The position numbers and the translations under genes are program-made. The notes under the pieces are model-generated. The model was not told where the DNA came from and ran no database searches. It saw only the letters and a list, made by a program, of their open reading frames with translations. A DNA stretch of 63,623 nt, the filler included, from Chiloscyllium plagiosum (lineage: Eukaryota): NCBI RefSeq assembly GCF_004010195.1. It is 3 parts of one record of this genome, joined end to end, with 100 filler letters (N's around TTAATTAATTAA, not from the genome) between each part and the next. Parts side by side here need not be neighbours in the genome. Positions count along the whole stretch, not along the records: positions 27,918 to 59,803 come from NC_057711.1; 2 more parts are not named here. One strand, written 5' to 3'. Position 1 is the first letter of the stretch. Every line of letters starts with the position of its first letter. This document shows, in pieces, positions 36,150-49,335 of the stretch.

Positions 36150-37500
36150 TTTCGTTTTGTATACCATTTTGGATATTGCTGGGGGGATCGACTTTGAGGG
36201 GTAGGCCATGGGTTGCAGGTCTCTGGCACAGAGTCTGTCTCTGTTGCTCAGAAGGGAAGGGGGAAGACGAGCAGAGCATTAGTTTTTGGGGACTCCATAG
36301 TTAGTGGGACAGATAAGAGGTTCTGTGGGAACGAGAGAGACTCAGGGTTGGTGCGTTGCCTCCCAGGTGCCAGGGTTCATGATGTCTCAGATTGTGTTTT
36401 AGGGATTCTTGAGAAGGAGGAGGAGAAGAACCAAGTCATGATCCACAAAGGCACCAATGACATAGGTAGAAAAAGGGACAGGGTTTTAAGGCAGAAATTG
36501 AGGAAGCTAGGTGGAAGTTTCATGCTTGAACAAACAGAGTTGTTATCTCTGGTTTGTTGCTCGTGCCACATGCTAACGAGGGAAGGAATAAGGAGAGAGA
36601 GGCTACAGGGATGGTTACAGGTATGGGTCAGGAGGGAGGGTTTTCGATACCTGGAAAATTGGGGCCCATTCTGGGGTAGGTGGAACCTCTACAAACAGGA
36701 TGGTCTACACCTAAACCAGAGGGGTATCAATATCCTGGGGGAGATATTTGCTAATGCTCTTCAGGAGGGTATCAACTAATTCAGCAGGGGATGTGAACCT
36801 AAATTGTAGTTCCAGTGTCCAGGAGGTTGACAGCAGTGAGGTCAGAAATGAGGTTTCAAGGTTTCAAGAGTTCACCGGCATGCAGGAAGGTGGTTTGAAG
36901 TGTGTCTACTTCAACACTAGGAGCATCTGGAATAAGGTGGGTGAATTTGCTGCCTGGGTTGATACCTGGGACTTCAGTGTTGTGGCCATTTCAGAGACAT
37001 GGATAGAGCAGGGACAGGAATGGTTGTTGCAGGTTCCAGGATTTAGATGTTTTAGTAAGAACAGAGAAGATGGTAATAAAATGGGAGATGTGGCATTGTT
37101 AGTCAAGGACGGTATTACAGTTGCAGAAAGGATGTTTGAGGACACATTTACAGAGGTAGTATGGGCTGAGGTTAGAAACAGGAAAGGATTGCAAAGGTAA
37201 TTCTGGATAGGAGTGAGAGTAACAGGGTAGTTGTTATGGGGGACTTTAACTTTCCAAATATGGACTGGAAATACTATAGTTTGAGTACTTTAGATGGGTT
37301 ATATTTTGCCCAACGTGTGCAGGATAATTTCCTGACATAGTATGTAGACAAGCCAACAAGGGGTGGGGTCACATTGGATTTGGTACTGGGTAATGAACCT
37401 AGCCAGGTGTTAGATTTGGAGGTAGGTGAGCACTTTGGTGATAGTGACAATTTGGTTATGTTTATTTTAGCAATGGAAAGGGATAGATATAAACTGCAGG
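36150..37500 (+). mobile_element. CR1 LINE 5' half: ORF1 SGNH/GDSL esterase and start of ORF2 APE endonuclease
   Basis: ORF 36213-36779 (ALVFGDSIV, GTNDIG, DGLHLN); ORF 36748-37200 (YFNTRSIWNK, VAISETW); downstream MGDFNFP and LDLVLGN. Confidence 0.92.
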
Positions 37501-37514
37501 GCAGTTACAATGCA

Positions 37515-37838
37515 ATAGTGTCATCAAAGAACTTGTAGATGGAGTTCAGATGAAATTCGGTCACACAATCAATTTGTACAGGGAATATAGTATGGGGATG
37601 AGTACACATCCTTGCTGAGCGCCAGTATTGAGGATTGTCATGGAAGAGGTGCTGATGTGTATCTTTACTGATTGCAGTCTGAGTCAGGAAGTCAAGGATC
37701 CAGTTGCAGAAGATGGAGCAGAGAGCTAGGTCTCATAGTTTGGAGATTAGTTTGGTTGGGATTGTAGCGTCGAAGGCAGAGCTATAGTCAATAAATAGAA
37801 GCCTGATGTTGTTGTCCTTATTGTCCAGATGTTCCAGC
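37515..37838 (-). mobile_element. Rex1/Babar RT fragment
   Basis: Similar to 30160-30475 (EHLDNKD..IRLLFIDYSSAF). Confidence 0.75.
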
Positions 37839-38969
37839 AACAGCAGGAGTTCATTACAAATAAACAATAATGATCTAAACTGGGAGTGCTATTTAGAAGC
37901 ATTTTTATAGGTTTTATCTAAGCTTCCAGCATTCCTTTTGTGTAAATGGTCATTAACTCCACAAAGGCTGGTATCCCTTCACCGTTATTCACACATGGAA
38001 AGTTATATCTGTCAGCCAGGCTCCTTGATTGGACGCGATTAAAACCCCAATCAGGGAATTCATATTCTATGAGGTGCACCTAGCTGACCTCGTTATAATC
38101 ATTAAATCCCTCCCTCTCTGAGGACAAGGACATAGACCAGCCTTTTGTTTTGTAGCTCCTTCTGGACATTTTTGCACTGGGTCAGGTTCCTCCAACTCTG
38201 CCTCTGATACAGGTAGTGTGTAACACACAATAGCTTGCCTCTCACACCCAGAGATTCTTGGAAGAAATTCATTCTCCTCTTCAGGCAGCAAAGGCGTCAA
38301 AGGAGCACATTCACCATGCCTGTCTCAGATTCTGAGGCATCTTCAACGTTTGATAGACAGGGAGAACCCATGGGTTCTGGAATGGTGGGAAAGGCAGTTG
38401 AGGAACCAGACACGTTTTGCTCCCACACTGTTTGCACGGTTGCAGCTTTAATATGGTCCATGTGCTTGTTCAGGACCATTGCACCTACCTGAACTTTATA
38501 CGCCACTGGACCAAAACTTGCACCGACCATCCCTCTTACCAATGCAGCGCCGTTTCCATGGTTCCTACACCAAACTTCATCCCCAAAAGTAAACTGTGTC
38601 TCTTGCTTAGTGGAGGCTTGTGTCTGGCATTGGCATACCCAATGCCATTTCACTCTCCCCGCCAGGTCTGGGATGATCAGATTTAAACTGGGCAGAGTCT
38701 GGTTGCATGAGGGGTGGTCCTATAATCAAACAGAAACTGGGACCATTTGGAATCTAGTGAAGCTGTAGGTTGTTTCTTTAAGCCTGCCTTCACAGTTTGG
38801 ATTGCTCTTTCTGCCAGACCATTGGATGATAGATGCTATCGAGCTGTCATTAGTGACAAATAGAATTCGACTTTGGCAAGTACTCAAATTCCCTGCTGGT
38901 AAATGATGGTCCATTATCTATGATAACACTTCAGGGAGTCGAAAAGATATGCACAGCTTTTCTACCATA

Positions 38970-39760
38970 AACAAAAAGCTCAGCAGGTCTGGCGGCATCT
39001 GTGAAAAGAAATCAGAGTTAACTGTTTGGATCCAGTGACCCTTCCACGGAACTGAAGGTAGCTAGGAAATGTTGGTTTACGGGCAGCACAGTGGCTCAGT
39101 GGTTATCACTGCTGCCTCACAGCACCAGGGATCCGAGTTTGATTCCAGCCTCAGGCGATTGTTTGTGTGGAGTCTGCACATTCTCCTTGTGTATGTGTGG
39201 GTTTCCTCCAAGTGCTCCGGTTTCCTCCCATGGTCCAAAGGTGCACAGGTTAGGTGAATTGGCTATGCTAAATTGTCCATAGTCTTCGGGGGTGTGAAGT
39301 TTAGGTGCATGAGTTGGGGTAAATGTAGAGCAATAGCCAGGGGAATGGACCTGGGTGGGTTACTCTTCAAAGGGTCGGTGTGGACTTGTTGGGCTGAAGA
39401 ATGTGTTTCCACACTGTAAGAATTCTGTCTATGATATACTAGGATAGGGTGGGGAGAGGGAATAAAGTGTAAATGATAGGTGGGGATAGAGCCCAAAGAG
39501 AGAGAACGGTTGGACTGACAAAGGAGTGGATAACGATCTGGCTGGGAGAATGAATAACTGTTAATGGAGACTGTTAGTAGCTAACAATATGTAGTGTGTA
39601 ATGGCAGACTATGTGATAACAAGGTCTGGTGTGTGGGATTGGGGGATAGGACATGGGAGAGGTCAGGCACTAAAATTATTGAACTTCGGAGGGCTGCAGG
39701 GTTCCCAAGTGAAAAAGTATGTTATTCTTCCAGCTTGCATTGAGCTTCACTGGAATACTG
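38970..39760 (-). mobile_element. PLE 3' region inserted in the Gypsy, itself split by an HE1-type SINE (39081-39430, +)
   Basis: Minus strand 39760-39680 encodes a SSEAQCKLEE..LG.LQP-like ORF end; PLE terminus at 38970-39060. Confidence 0.7.
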
Positions 39761-41147
39761 CTGTTTTTGTATCATTGTCCCCATGTTTGACAAAAGAACT
39801 TTGGGCACATCCAATCATTTTGATTGGGTGCCCACAATGACTAAGAACATTGAACCCATGAAAGGGCCTGTGTAGTCAATGTGCATCGGAGTCCAGGGTT
39901 GACATGCCATTCCCACAAATGTGGGGCAGCTGCTGGCAGTAATGTTTGACCTTGTTGGCACTTTGGGCACATTGGCTATGTCTGCAACCAATCCTGCACC
40001 AGATATAACTTCTCGCCAACATCTTCATTTTGGAAACCCCTGGATGACCCTGGTGGAGTTCACCCAGAATCTGGTGGTGACTGTGATTGGGGCAATCACT
40101 CTCACTCTCCAAAATAACATGCTGAGCCTTACTGTGATTTGCTGTCTCTGAGTACAGAAAAAGTTCCAGTTTTGGTTGTGTTGGCCTTTTGATTTCCCTC
40201 ATCATCACCAGTTGTTTCAGTTTTGCCAGGACCAGATCTCTCTGCTTCCAAAGTCTGACATAATCGGCTGTGACTGGAAGTGTGTCCAGAAAATTTAAAA
40301 ACATTCTGGACTCTTTAAATGGCAGAACCACCAGTGGTGCATCTGCCACTGGGAGGCTGCTCAATGCATTAGCACTTGTTACTTGGCCTCCTTGATGGTG
40401 TTCCAACTTGTATTTATATGCACATCGTATTAGAGCCCACCATTGAATCCAGGCTGAAGCTATGGGCAGCATCGCTTGTCCTTTTTAAGTGGATCTAGCA
40501 GGAGTTTGTGGTTCATTATTATTACACATTTACAGCCGTAAAAATCTTGGTAGAACTTCCTGACTCCAAGTATGATTGCCAAACCTTCCTTCTCTATCTG
40601 GACATATTTATGCCCTGCATTAGCCATGTCCTGGATGCATACACGATTGGGTGCCTCTCTCCACTGGGTCACCTATGAGCTAATACTATCCAATGCTGTG
40701 CAGGAAGGCATCGCATGTCAATATCAGATCTCACTTGTGACCATAGTGTGCCATACCTTAGAGGATGAAAGCAGCAACTTGGCTGTACAACCATTTCTAA
40801 GGCTAACCCTTTTTTAAGAATTAATGCAAAGGTGTCAGGATGGAGGCCAGGTTTTGAATGAACTCTCCATAATAGTTCACCAGCCCAAGGAAAGACCTGA
40901 GCTCTGGCACAGATGTGGGAGATGGGGCACCTTTGATCACCCATTATCTTCCAAACCTTGTTGACTCTATGGCCCAAGTGGGTTCCTTGGGGGGTCTGGA
41001 ACACATGTTTTTCCCTTCTAAGGCATATGCCCACCTGGCAGAAATGTCTAAGGACTATGTCCAAATTCTAGCAGTACTCCTTATTGGTCTTCTCTGTTAT
41101 TGGCACATATCTAGATGATGACCTGGAGTTGACTTGTCAAATTTTCT

Positions 41148-41290
41148 GGAGTAGAGTGGTGCTGGAAAAGCAGGAAAATTGACGTTTCAGGCAAAAGCCC
41201 TTCATCAGGAATACAAGCAGAGTGCCTGAAGGGTGGAGAGATAAATGAGAGGAGGGTGGGGGTGGGGAGAAAGTAGCATAGAGTACAAGC
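41148..41290 (-). mobile_element. PLE terminus with hammerhead motif (41177-41212, -)
   Basis: Minus strand: TTC-CTGATGA-A-GGGC(TTTT)GCCT-GAAACGTC. Confidence 0.72.
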
Positions 41291-41574
41291 TGGAAGTTTG
41301 GAACTGGGGTGAGGTGGGGTAAGGGGAAATTTTCTCCATTGTCCATTAAAAAATTGCACAGACTGACAAAACTCCAAATGGCAGGCTTGTACAAACCCTT
41401 GTGGGTAATTATTGCAGCATACTTCTGGGAATCTTCATATAACTGCAATTGCAAGTACTCATAGCTCATGTCCAGCTTCGTGAAGGACAGGCCCACTGCC
41501 AGCTTTGCATATAAATGCTCACTGCGACAGATCAGTTACTTCTGCAGTTAACTCTTTGTTTAAAATGCCCAAAA

Positions 41575-42070
41575 AGATGAACATTGGACAAACAGGCAGA
41601 AAACAAGCCACCACGATACATGAACACCAACTAGCCACAAAAAGACATGACCCTCTCTCACTAGCATCCTTACATATGGATGAGGAAGGAAACCACTTCG
41701 ACTGGGACAACACATCCATCCTAGGACAAGCCAAATAAAGACATGCATGAGAATTCCTAGAAGCATGGCATTCCAACAAGAACTCTATCAACAAACACAT
41801 CGAGTTAGACCCCATCTACCACCCCCTGAGAAAAAGAACAGGAAGTGACTTCACCACAGGAAATAACATCACCAAAGGAAATGACATCACCAACCCAAAG
41901 AAACCCAGACATATAAATAGAAAGCAGGAAGTTTCAGAATTGCTTTGCATAAAGTCCACTGAAGATGTTACCTAGTAAGGTAATGAAACATCTGGAAATG
42001 AACCTTTCAGCTCAGCGAGCAAACCTTCATCCAAAACCTCAACCTGAGCTACAAATCTTCTCAAAACTCC
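41575..42070 (+). mobile_element. PLE remnant: GIY-YIG endonuclease C-terminal part followed by a hammerhead
   Basis: IGQTGRK.AT.IHEHQLATKRHDPLS..H..GNHFDWDNTSILGQAK..EFLEAWHSNKNSINKHIELDPIY, with two stops. Confidence 0.88.
41955..41996 (+). ncRNA. hammerhead ribozyme motif of a third PLE family
   Basis: UCCA-CUGAAGA-U-GUUACC(UAGUAA)GGUAAU-GAA-ACAU-C-UGGA: 4-bp stem I, 6-bp stem II; ACAU is probably CpG-decayed ACGU. Confidence 0.7.
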
Positions 42071-45000
42071 TTGGATAATCCCTATGCTTTCCTGACAAAC
42101 ATCTGGGTGTTTAACTATGGCTTCACTCAGGCAGCCATTTTCTAATCAAAAAGTATTGAACCAATCTAGGTGAATCTTTCTCAATCAATTTTGCCCCATT
42201 AAGCCTGGGCATGTGCATTATTCTACAATCAGTGGCAACTGTACCAGCTATATCTCTTAAGAGACTGGAGCAGAAGTTGTGACATACTAAACAGTCTTTC
42301 AGTATCTCATTAAGGGTTAAACAAAAGTCTCTGTCTATCATCTTAACCTTGTCAAAGATCCTGACAAGAATTCCCCTGGTTCTCGAATTATCATGTAAAA
42401 CAAATAACATCTCGTAATCACAGGAGACTTGGGGTCATTATATTCCTTAACTAAATCTGTCAACTCTTGAAAGGTTTTAGTATCTGGTGCCTCAGGGAAA
42501 GTTGGGCTCCTAGTAACCGAAAAAGCTATGGGTCCATGAGCTGTCTGGAGAATTACTCATTGATTTTCATCTGCTCCAGTGTCATTTGCCTGGAAAACAT
42601 AATGCATTCTTTCCATATACTGGGCCTCGTCTTCAATAGCAGGATCAAATGAGTCAAGATTCCTAAATAATGGCATCATGCCAGAAATGCTTACCCACGC
42701 TTCAAAGATAACTGCTGTGAGCAAATTTCTTCCAGAACACGCTTACTCTCATCATTACTGAAGTAACTCCACAGTATCCTGTCACCAAGTTACCCTTTAT
42801 TTACATATGAAGAGTCCATGACACAGATCCAGCCCCAGAGAGAACAGAGCCGCTGACACTCCAGTTTATATCTGTCAGCCAGGGTTCCCTGGTTGGACCA
42901 GATTAACAACCCCAATCAGGGAACCCATATTCTATGAAGTCCACCTGGGTGACCTTACATCACTACTATATATATATATCACTTTTTGGCAGAATATATT
43001 CTTTTGACATTTGCAGAATTGGATGTAAGATATTATTTATAGTTTGATCAGTGTCAGTAAAGATTGACTAACATATGTATAAGCGAATTTGATGTAGTAA
43101 CACGAACAAAGAGCATTACTGAGCTGATATCACTCTCTGACAGGTATCAAATCTCAGTTTTGTTTATGTAGTGAAGGAAAAACCACAAGGAGTTTCTGGA
43201 CCATCTTAGTCACCTTCCAGATATCAATTCAAAGTGACTTGCATGTCACAGACAAGTACAGCAGGCTGCCATGAAAGGTTCAGTGAAGGTGTATTAGACC
43301 CAATACATCAAACAATGTATTGTGCGTGATTTACTTAAAGATGCATTAGCATTAGAATTTTGACAGTGTTCATCACTTAAATGCTTTTATTTCCAGGAAT
43401 GACAAACAAACTTTAATAGTGGAAAACTGCTGAAAATTTATCGCTGATGATATCAATAGACATTGAATTCAATTTCAAGTTATCTAAAGGATCTACACCT
43501 TGTTAAAATAATGAACAGATAAATATTATCTGGATGTACTAAACACCCGCAGTCATTTCCAGCTTTGTTATTTTAGCATTTCAAAACAAGAAAAGAGTAA
43601 CCAGAGGATGGTCAGAACAAACTTAATGGTGAATCAAGATGTATAGAAACATTTCAGATATGAGCAGAGCAACATACTGGAGATGCTGGAAAATCTAAAT
43701 AAGAACAGAAATTATGGAATTACTCCACATCCCAGTTTGAATTTGTGGAGAGAACAAACAAATCGATGTTCTATATTCACTGTTCTGTTTTGACACAGCT
43801 GAAACGTTGACTCCATTTGCTATACAGAGATGACTCTGTATGAAGCTCACATTCTCCATGTAGGTTTGATCTTTTGAGTGTGAAAGGGAAATAAATGTTC
43901 TGTTTTGATTTTTTTTGTCTCTTGATATCAGCTCTGACATCTTTAGACATTCCAATTCTTGAAAGTGCAAGTGCAGCCATACACATGGCCTATATTGGCT
44001 AAAAAAGGAAAGATTGTCTTGGATCACCAAGGCTTAATGAATGCCCAAGGCATCAATTGAACTGTTGGTTTGTACTTTCATGTTTGCTACCCCCAGAGAG
44101 AAAAAAACAGATTGTTGCTAATTAGCCTGATAAGATGATGCTTCTGTTAGGTTCGTTCAGAATTACCAAAAGGATGAATGTATCAGCAGTAATACACAGC
44201 AAATTATCATTGTAATGTAATCAACTGCTCTGTGTCAATATAATAAAAGCTTCTACAGTGTTTATGTAAGCTGACAAATAACAATGCAAGAGGTAAATTC
44301 TAATGCAATTTGGTAAAGTCAATCGATGCAATGTCTACAAACAAAACCAAACCTATCAAGAACTGTTACAAGTCAGCTTTTTATTTTGAGGCATACTTAG
44401 AATACATTGACATATTGTTAAATATCAAAAGTACTTTAATACTTTTCTGTTAACCAGTTAGAGAACCCCAAGGTTCCACATAATCTGCTTCAGTTATTGT
44501 CTCAACTTCATGCCTGAAAAAATATGGTATTTCAAAAAAGACGTTACCTCAGTATATGACAACGAAAGCAGAAAAAGAAGCACTCTGGGAATTTTTGGAG
44601 TACACAGGAAAAACGGTAAAAGGTCAGTTCAATCCTCATGTGTGTGTGCTTGTGGAGGAAGATTCATAAGTGAATTGCGATGCTGAGGTACTCAAGTTAC
44701 TGTATTATGTTTTTCTGGCATTTAGCAACAAAAAAACTCAGTATTTATTGACTCAAGAAAGCTTAGCTGCATTGCTTCCTTTTAAAACATAAATTGACTT
44801 AGTCTGGGGGAAATGTATCCACAAGTGAGGGGATCCACAGTAAATTGTTGCGACCAGTTGAGGGGGTGTGTGATTAAAGAAGGAAAGCCAGTTTCATCTT
44901 TCTTCACCTGGAGGTCTGACAATTTGGGGCTCCTCATCTGGGCTCAGGACTTAGCAATACACCAAGCTGACTTTGTGGAAACATATGTTTTTGACGGCTT

Positions 45001-45479
45001 GATTTTACTCATAAATGAAACTCTAGCAGACTGTTGTGTTAATGAGTACTCATGACAAAATGCAAACAAGTCCCTAACTGTGAGGTCAGGAAACCTGACC
45101 TAGCTGAAATATTTCTCAGACATTAACATTAACAGCACTGTCGAGAATTTTTGCATCCTGTGCAATAATGTTCCTCCGCCTACACTTCTAAATGCTCTGA
45201 GTATATTTAAAAGATTTGGATGGAATTCAATGAAGTGTGTCAATGCAGGATCCATGAAGGGGGTGGGGTGAGGTGGGGTGGGGGGGGCTGTAGAATCATA
45301 CTGGAGCAAGTGAGTCAGACTCGCTATTCGAAACTGACAGTGGAGTTAAAAGTTCAGCAGGAAAGTAACAGGTTGGGAACATATGTAAATGGGGTAAGAA
45401 GTCAATTAAGATTGTCAAGCACTTAAGGGTAATTTTCATTCTACTGAACATTATTAAAAATAACTTGGAAATGCAAGAG

Positions 45480-46600
45480 TATTGAGCATCTCCCACAAGC
45501 TGTCAAAACATCAGCCAGTGAGATAATCTGGTATTGAAGTGAGGTGTTTTTTCATGGTGGAAGGTCAGCCATTTTACAGCTGCCTTTCACAGGAGGATAG
45601 GGGTAGTAACGTTGTAGTAAAGGATTTGTGTAGACCCTCGATATGCAGACAACAAGTGTCACCTCATACTGTCCCCGATGTGAAGGATGATTCTGACCTC
45701 GTTGCCGTGGAATGCTCCAAGTAGTTGCACTGTTCCGTATCAGCCATCTTTTAAGAGTAACACCTTTGACCACAGGTCTATCAGGAAGTGGTCAGCACAT
45801 GGCATCCTTGTAAAGGAGGTGGTGGATCTTGCCATATGGTTCCCTAAGCAGACTGTTAAAGCCATTTGGCAGAATGTTCATCACCAGAACTTTCCAACAA
45901 AGCATCATGACATTACTTGGCTGGTGGTGAGAAGGGAACAACCTGTAATATCCTTCTTGTATGTCCGGTCTGTCTGTGCCACGCCATGCTGTCCCTGTAC
46001 TGTTTGCAGGGGGGTAGACTGTCAGACATATCATTCTGGAATGTACCTTTGCAAAGGAAGTCTGGAGAATGGGCAGCAGTTTTTGTCGAGGTTTGTCCCG
46101 AGCAGCTCCTTGATGCAAGACTTTGTGATCTACGGTTTGTTCCTCAGGATGCCCACTGAGACTAATGTCGGCTGCACCTGGAGGACCATCAGCTCGGTGA
46201 AAGACGCTGTTTAGTCTGCCTGAAACTTGTTAGTCTTCCAGAGCAAGGAATTGACCCCAACCCAATGTTGCAGTCTGGCCCACTCCAAGGTCCAGGAGTA
46301 CGTGCTGAGGGATGCCCTAAAGGTTGGGCAGCTGCCATCAAGGTGCATTGGGGAAAGACCACTATCTTGAGGTCTTTCTGCTGAAGTTAAGTAGGGGTCC
46401 ATTCAGTTATCGGACTTTCCCAGTACATCAAATATATGTAAATATAGTCTTGTACAAGTAAGAGATGTCTTTGATTTGTTTGTTGGATAGAGTCAAACTC
46501 CATTGTTTGTTTATTTCTTTGATATGCTACTGACAGAACCAAACTGCATTTGTGACTATCTACACATACAAAGATATTACATATGTTTTTGAAATAAAAA
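45480..46600 (+). mobile_element. Tx1/L1-clade LINE 3' portion (ORF2 C-terminal Zn-knuckle region and 3' UTR)
   Basis: ORF 45687-46214 (IWQN..HHDITWLVVRR..P..CATPCCP..C) with H..ECTFA..VW in a shifted frame; ends GAAATAAAAA. Confidence 0.7.
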
Positions 46601-47704
46601 GTAAGTGAAGGACATAGACTTAGGGGGAGGACTTGATGGGCAGTTTGCAAGAGATACATTGGTGCTTTAAACCCAGGGTCAACAGCTATTAAGAGTGCTA
46701 AAATCAGAACTAGGAGTTCAAAAACCTGTTGAAAGTGTGAGGAGTAAAAGAGCAGCAGAGTGGGAAGTGGAACCTTCTGCTTCCAGATGTGGCCAGTTTG
46801 GAAATAACATTGACCTCCATACAATGGAGTGGTGGTTTATCCAAACTCAGTCTTTTTCTTACTTCCAGCAGAATTATGTTCTGGGTGGGAAGGGCCATAG
46901 GATAATTTTCCCACTCCACCTCCCATTGAAGCCCTTATGTGTGCAGTTAAGGACCCCTAAATACTGTATCCACCTCTTCTGGGAATAAAGCAGCTTCAAG
47001 TGGACATGTTGTCTTGTGGCATTTTGTTCCTCAGTGCGGACAGTGAGTCTCTTGATCAAAGGCATTTAGTGCCTGAGTAAAGGACTGGGCAACAGATAGT
47101 GAAGGTTTGCATTGTCATCCATCCACTGCCTTCGTTTTTGACAATCACCTCTCCCAAATTGAGATAGACCTCAAGCCACAAATTACTTACCTGATCTTGA
47201 GTCTTCTGTGATTCTGAGACTATAAAGATGCTCTTCCAAATGCAACCTCCTCTATGATGTTGTTAACAGCACCATCTGCCAGCTTCTGTTATCAGCTCTT
47301 GCTGGGTGGGATTTCTACTCCTGGCTTCTTGGTTCCAGGTAAAGATTTAGCAGAGGTCTCTCCAGTGTATGATTGGCTGAGCTTTCCCTATAACAGGCAG
47401 AGGTAAGTGTCTAACTGGATCTTCAATGGCTATGAGACCCCAGCAGCCTCAACAAGATCCCTCCTGTGAAGTCTGCAGAGGCAAAATTGTTGGGGTGGGG
47501 GCTGGAGCAGTGAAAGGGTCTGTCTTTGTCATGTAATTGGATGAGTATCATACTTCACCTCACCTAAATTAGCTGTCTGTTACATGCCCTCTAATGGAAA
47601 GCCCTTCCCTGTTCATTTCAGAATCTGGTGTGCTCTATGTCCACTGGTGGAACCCCTTCACCTGGTTTAAATTTTGTTATTTCCATGAAAAAATTTAATC
47701 GTTT

Positions 47705-48168
47705 TCTTCTTTATTTTTATTCATTCCGGGATGTGAATATCCCTAATTACCCAGAGGAAAGACATTAAAAGTTAATCATATTGTTGTGGGTCTGGAATCA
47801 TGTGTAAGCCAGACAAGGTAAGAAGGGTCCTGAAGAAGGTTACACTCGAAATGTCGACTTCTGCACCTCCTGATGCTGCCTGGCTTGCTGTGTTCTTCTA
47901 GCCTCCTGCCTGTCTACTTTTGATTCCAGCATCTGCAGTTTTTTTTGTCTCTAGACAAGGTAAGACGTCAGATTTTCTTCCTGGCAAGACATTAGCGTAC
48001 CAGATGGGGTGTTATAACAAATGACTGTGGTTACATGGTCACCATTAGGCTAGCTTTTTATTTCAGACTTTTATTAAAATCAAACTTTAACATCTGCCAT
48101 GGAGGGATTCAAATTAGCCTGGGAATCTAATCTAGTCCAACAACATTACCCTCTGCCGCTGCCACCCC
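47705..48168 (-). mobile_element. second-family tRNA-headed SINE hosting a mini PLE insertion
   Basis: Similar to the 17230 and 23713 copies; continuous once 47824-47952 and one TSD copy are removed. Confidence 0.65.
47824..47952 (+). mobile_element. 129-bp single-arm PLE insertion: hammerhead plus tail, perfect 13-bp TSD
   Basis: TSD AGACAAGGTAAGA at 47811-47823 and 47953-47965. GTC-CTGAAGA-A-GGTTACACTC-GAAATGTC-GAC at 47827-47858; TTCCAGCATCTGCAG tail. Confidence 0.82.
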
Positions 48169-49206
48169 TAAATTCTGCAATATTTAGAGCAACATACAGA
48201 TTCAGGAAGGAGGGAGCTGCTTTTGATTTTTATGCCAAATAGAAACACTGGCTAATAGATCACTGGGAATGGTTGAAGTTCTCACACTTCTCCTGGGGAG
48301 GAAGGGTCAAAGCTGGAAACATCTGACAGGTCTCTGTGAGTAAGTGCCTAACCACTGAGCCTTCATAAAATATCATCCTGAGAAGGAGCAATTTATTATG
48401 CTTCTGAGTCAAGCTACTGTTGTTTTTGTTGTCTATACTAAAATTATTATTTGATTTTTAAGTGAAGTACAAAAATAAAAGCAAGTAACAAATACATTTT
48501 ATCACTGACTCTACTTTCTTAGTCATCAGTCTGTCCATATCAGCTCTGAATATTTGGAATTACAGCTGTTATCTATCTTTATGTGGTTTCATGCCATCCA
48601 ATGTCATGGGGCCATTCTTGTAAACAGATAATGTATCTCATGGGACTCGAGAGAGTTGGCCTCAGGAGACCTGACCTCAAAAAAGAATAAAAAGGTCAGT
48701 CATCCACTTAACACCCAATGTTAACACTTTACTGCATAAAAACAAATATTGTTTACCTTTGGAATGATTGATGTGGTCAGTAGATTAGCAAATACTGCAG
48801 AGTTCTCTGTTTATTACCTGACTGGCACCAGCTAATTCCAGTGTGCTGAAACTTATAGGAGTCAGAATATTCTCTGCTTTGTGGTATTTGTGGAAATAAT
48901 GCTATACCAAATAGTAATTAAAAGAATAAAGGCAATGAGGAATGTATCAGTTTCAATACTTCCCCAAATGAATGTGGATTGACAAGTAAGGATGAAAATA
49001 GTTTCCAAAGTCACGCACAATGATTTGGATTTAAAGAGACTCTTTATGGCAGCTGGCCTCACTTAATCACCAGAAATTCCCTTCATTAGTCTCCCAGTGA
49101 TTAAGGTGGAGGGTGGATGGTCTGATTTCAGTTTCTTGATTACTCATGAAAAATGTTGATTTGGCTCATTTGTGAGTCAATAGACACCCATTAGCCCACT
49201 TCAGTT

Positions 49207-49335
49207 GAGTCAAGAGTGTGATGCTGGAAAAGTACAGCAGGTCAGGCAGCATCCAAGGAGCAGGAGAGTCAATGTTTCGGGCAAAAGCCCTTCATCAGGA
49301 ATGAGGCTGTGAGCCGAGGGGGTGGTGAGATAAAT
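49207..49335 (-). mobile_element. PLE terminus with hammerhead motif (49267-49302, -)
   Basis: Minus strand: TTC-CTGATGA-A-GGGC(TTTT)GCCC-GAAACATT-GA. Confidence 0.72.

Larger units (their letters stand above)
37950..42968 (-). mobile_element. decayed Gypsy LTR retrotransposon with both LTRs and nested insertions
   Basis: LTRs ~42759-42968 and ~37950-38107; polypurine tract AGAGAGGGAGGGA at ~38108-38120. Gag (MPLF..LDSFDP..ERM..FQAND, ~42680-42430), RT (FTKLDMS..YLQL..THKGLY), RNase H (YVQIEKEGLAIILGVRKF), integrase Zn-finger (ELHQGHPGVSKMKMLARSYIW). Confidence 0.9.

Noticed and set aside
36213..36779. Host SGNH/GDSL lipase gene
   Set aside because: It is CR1 ORF1 esterase: frameshifted, directly followed by APE ORF2, with other copies at 27918 and 54060.
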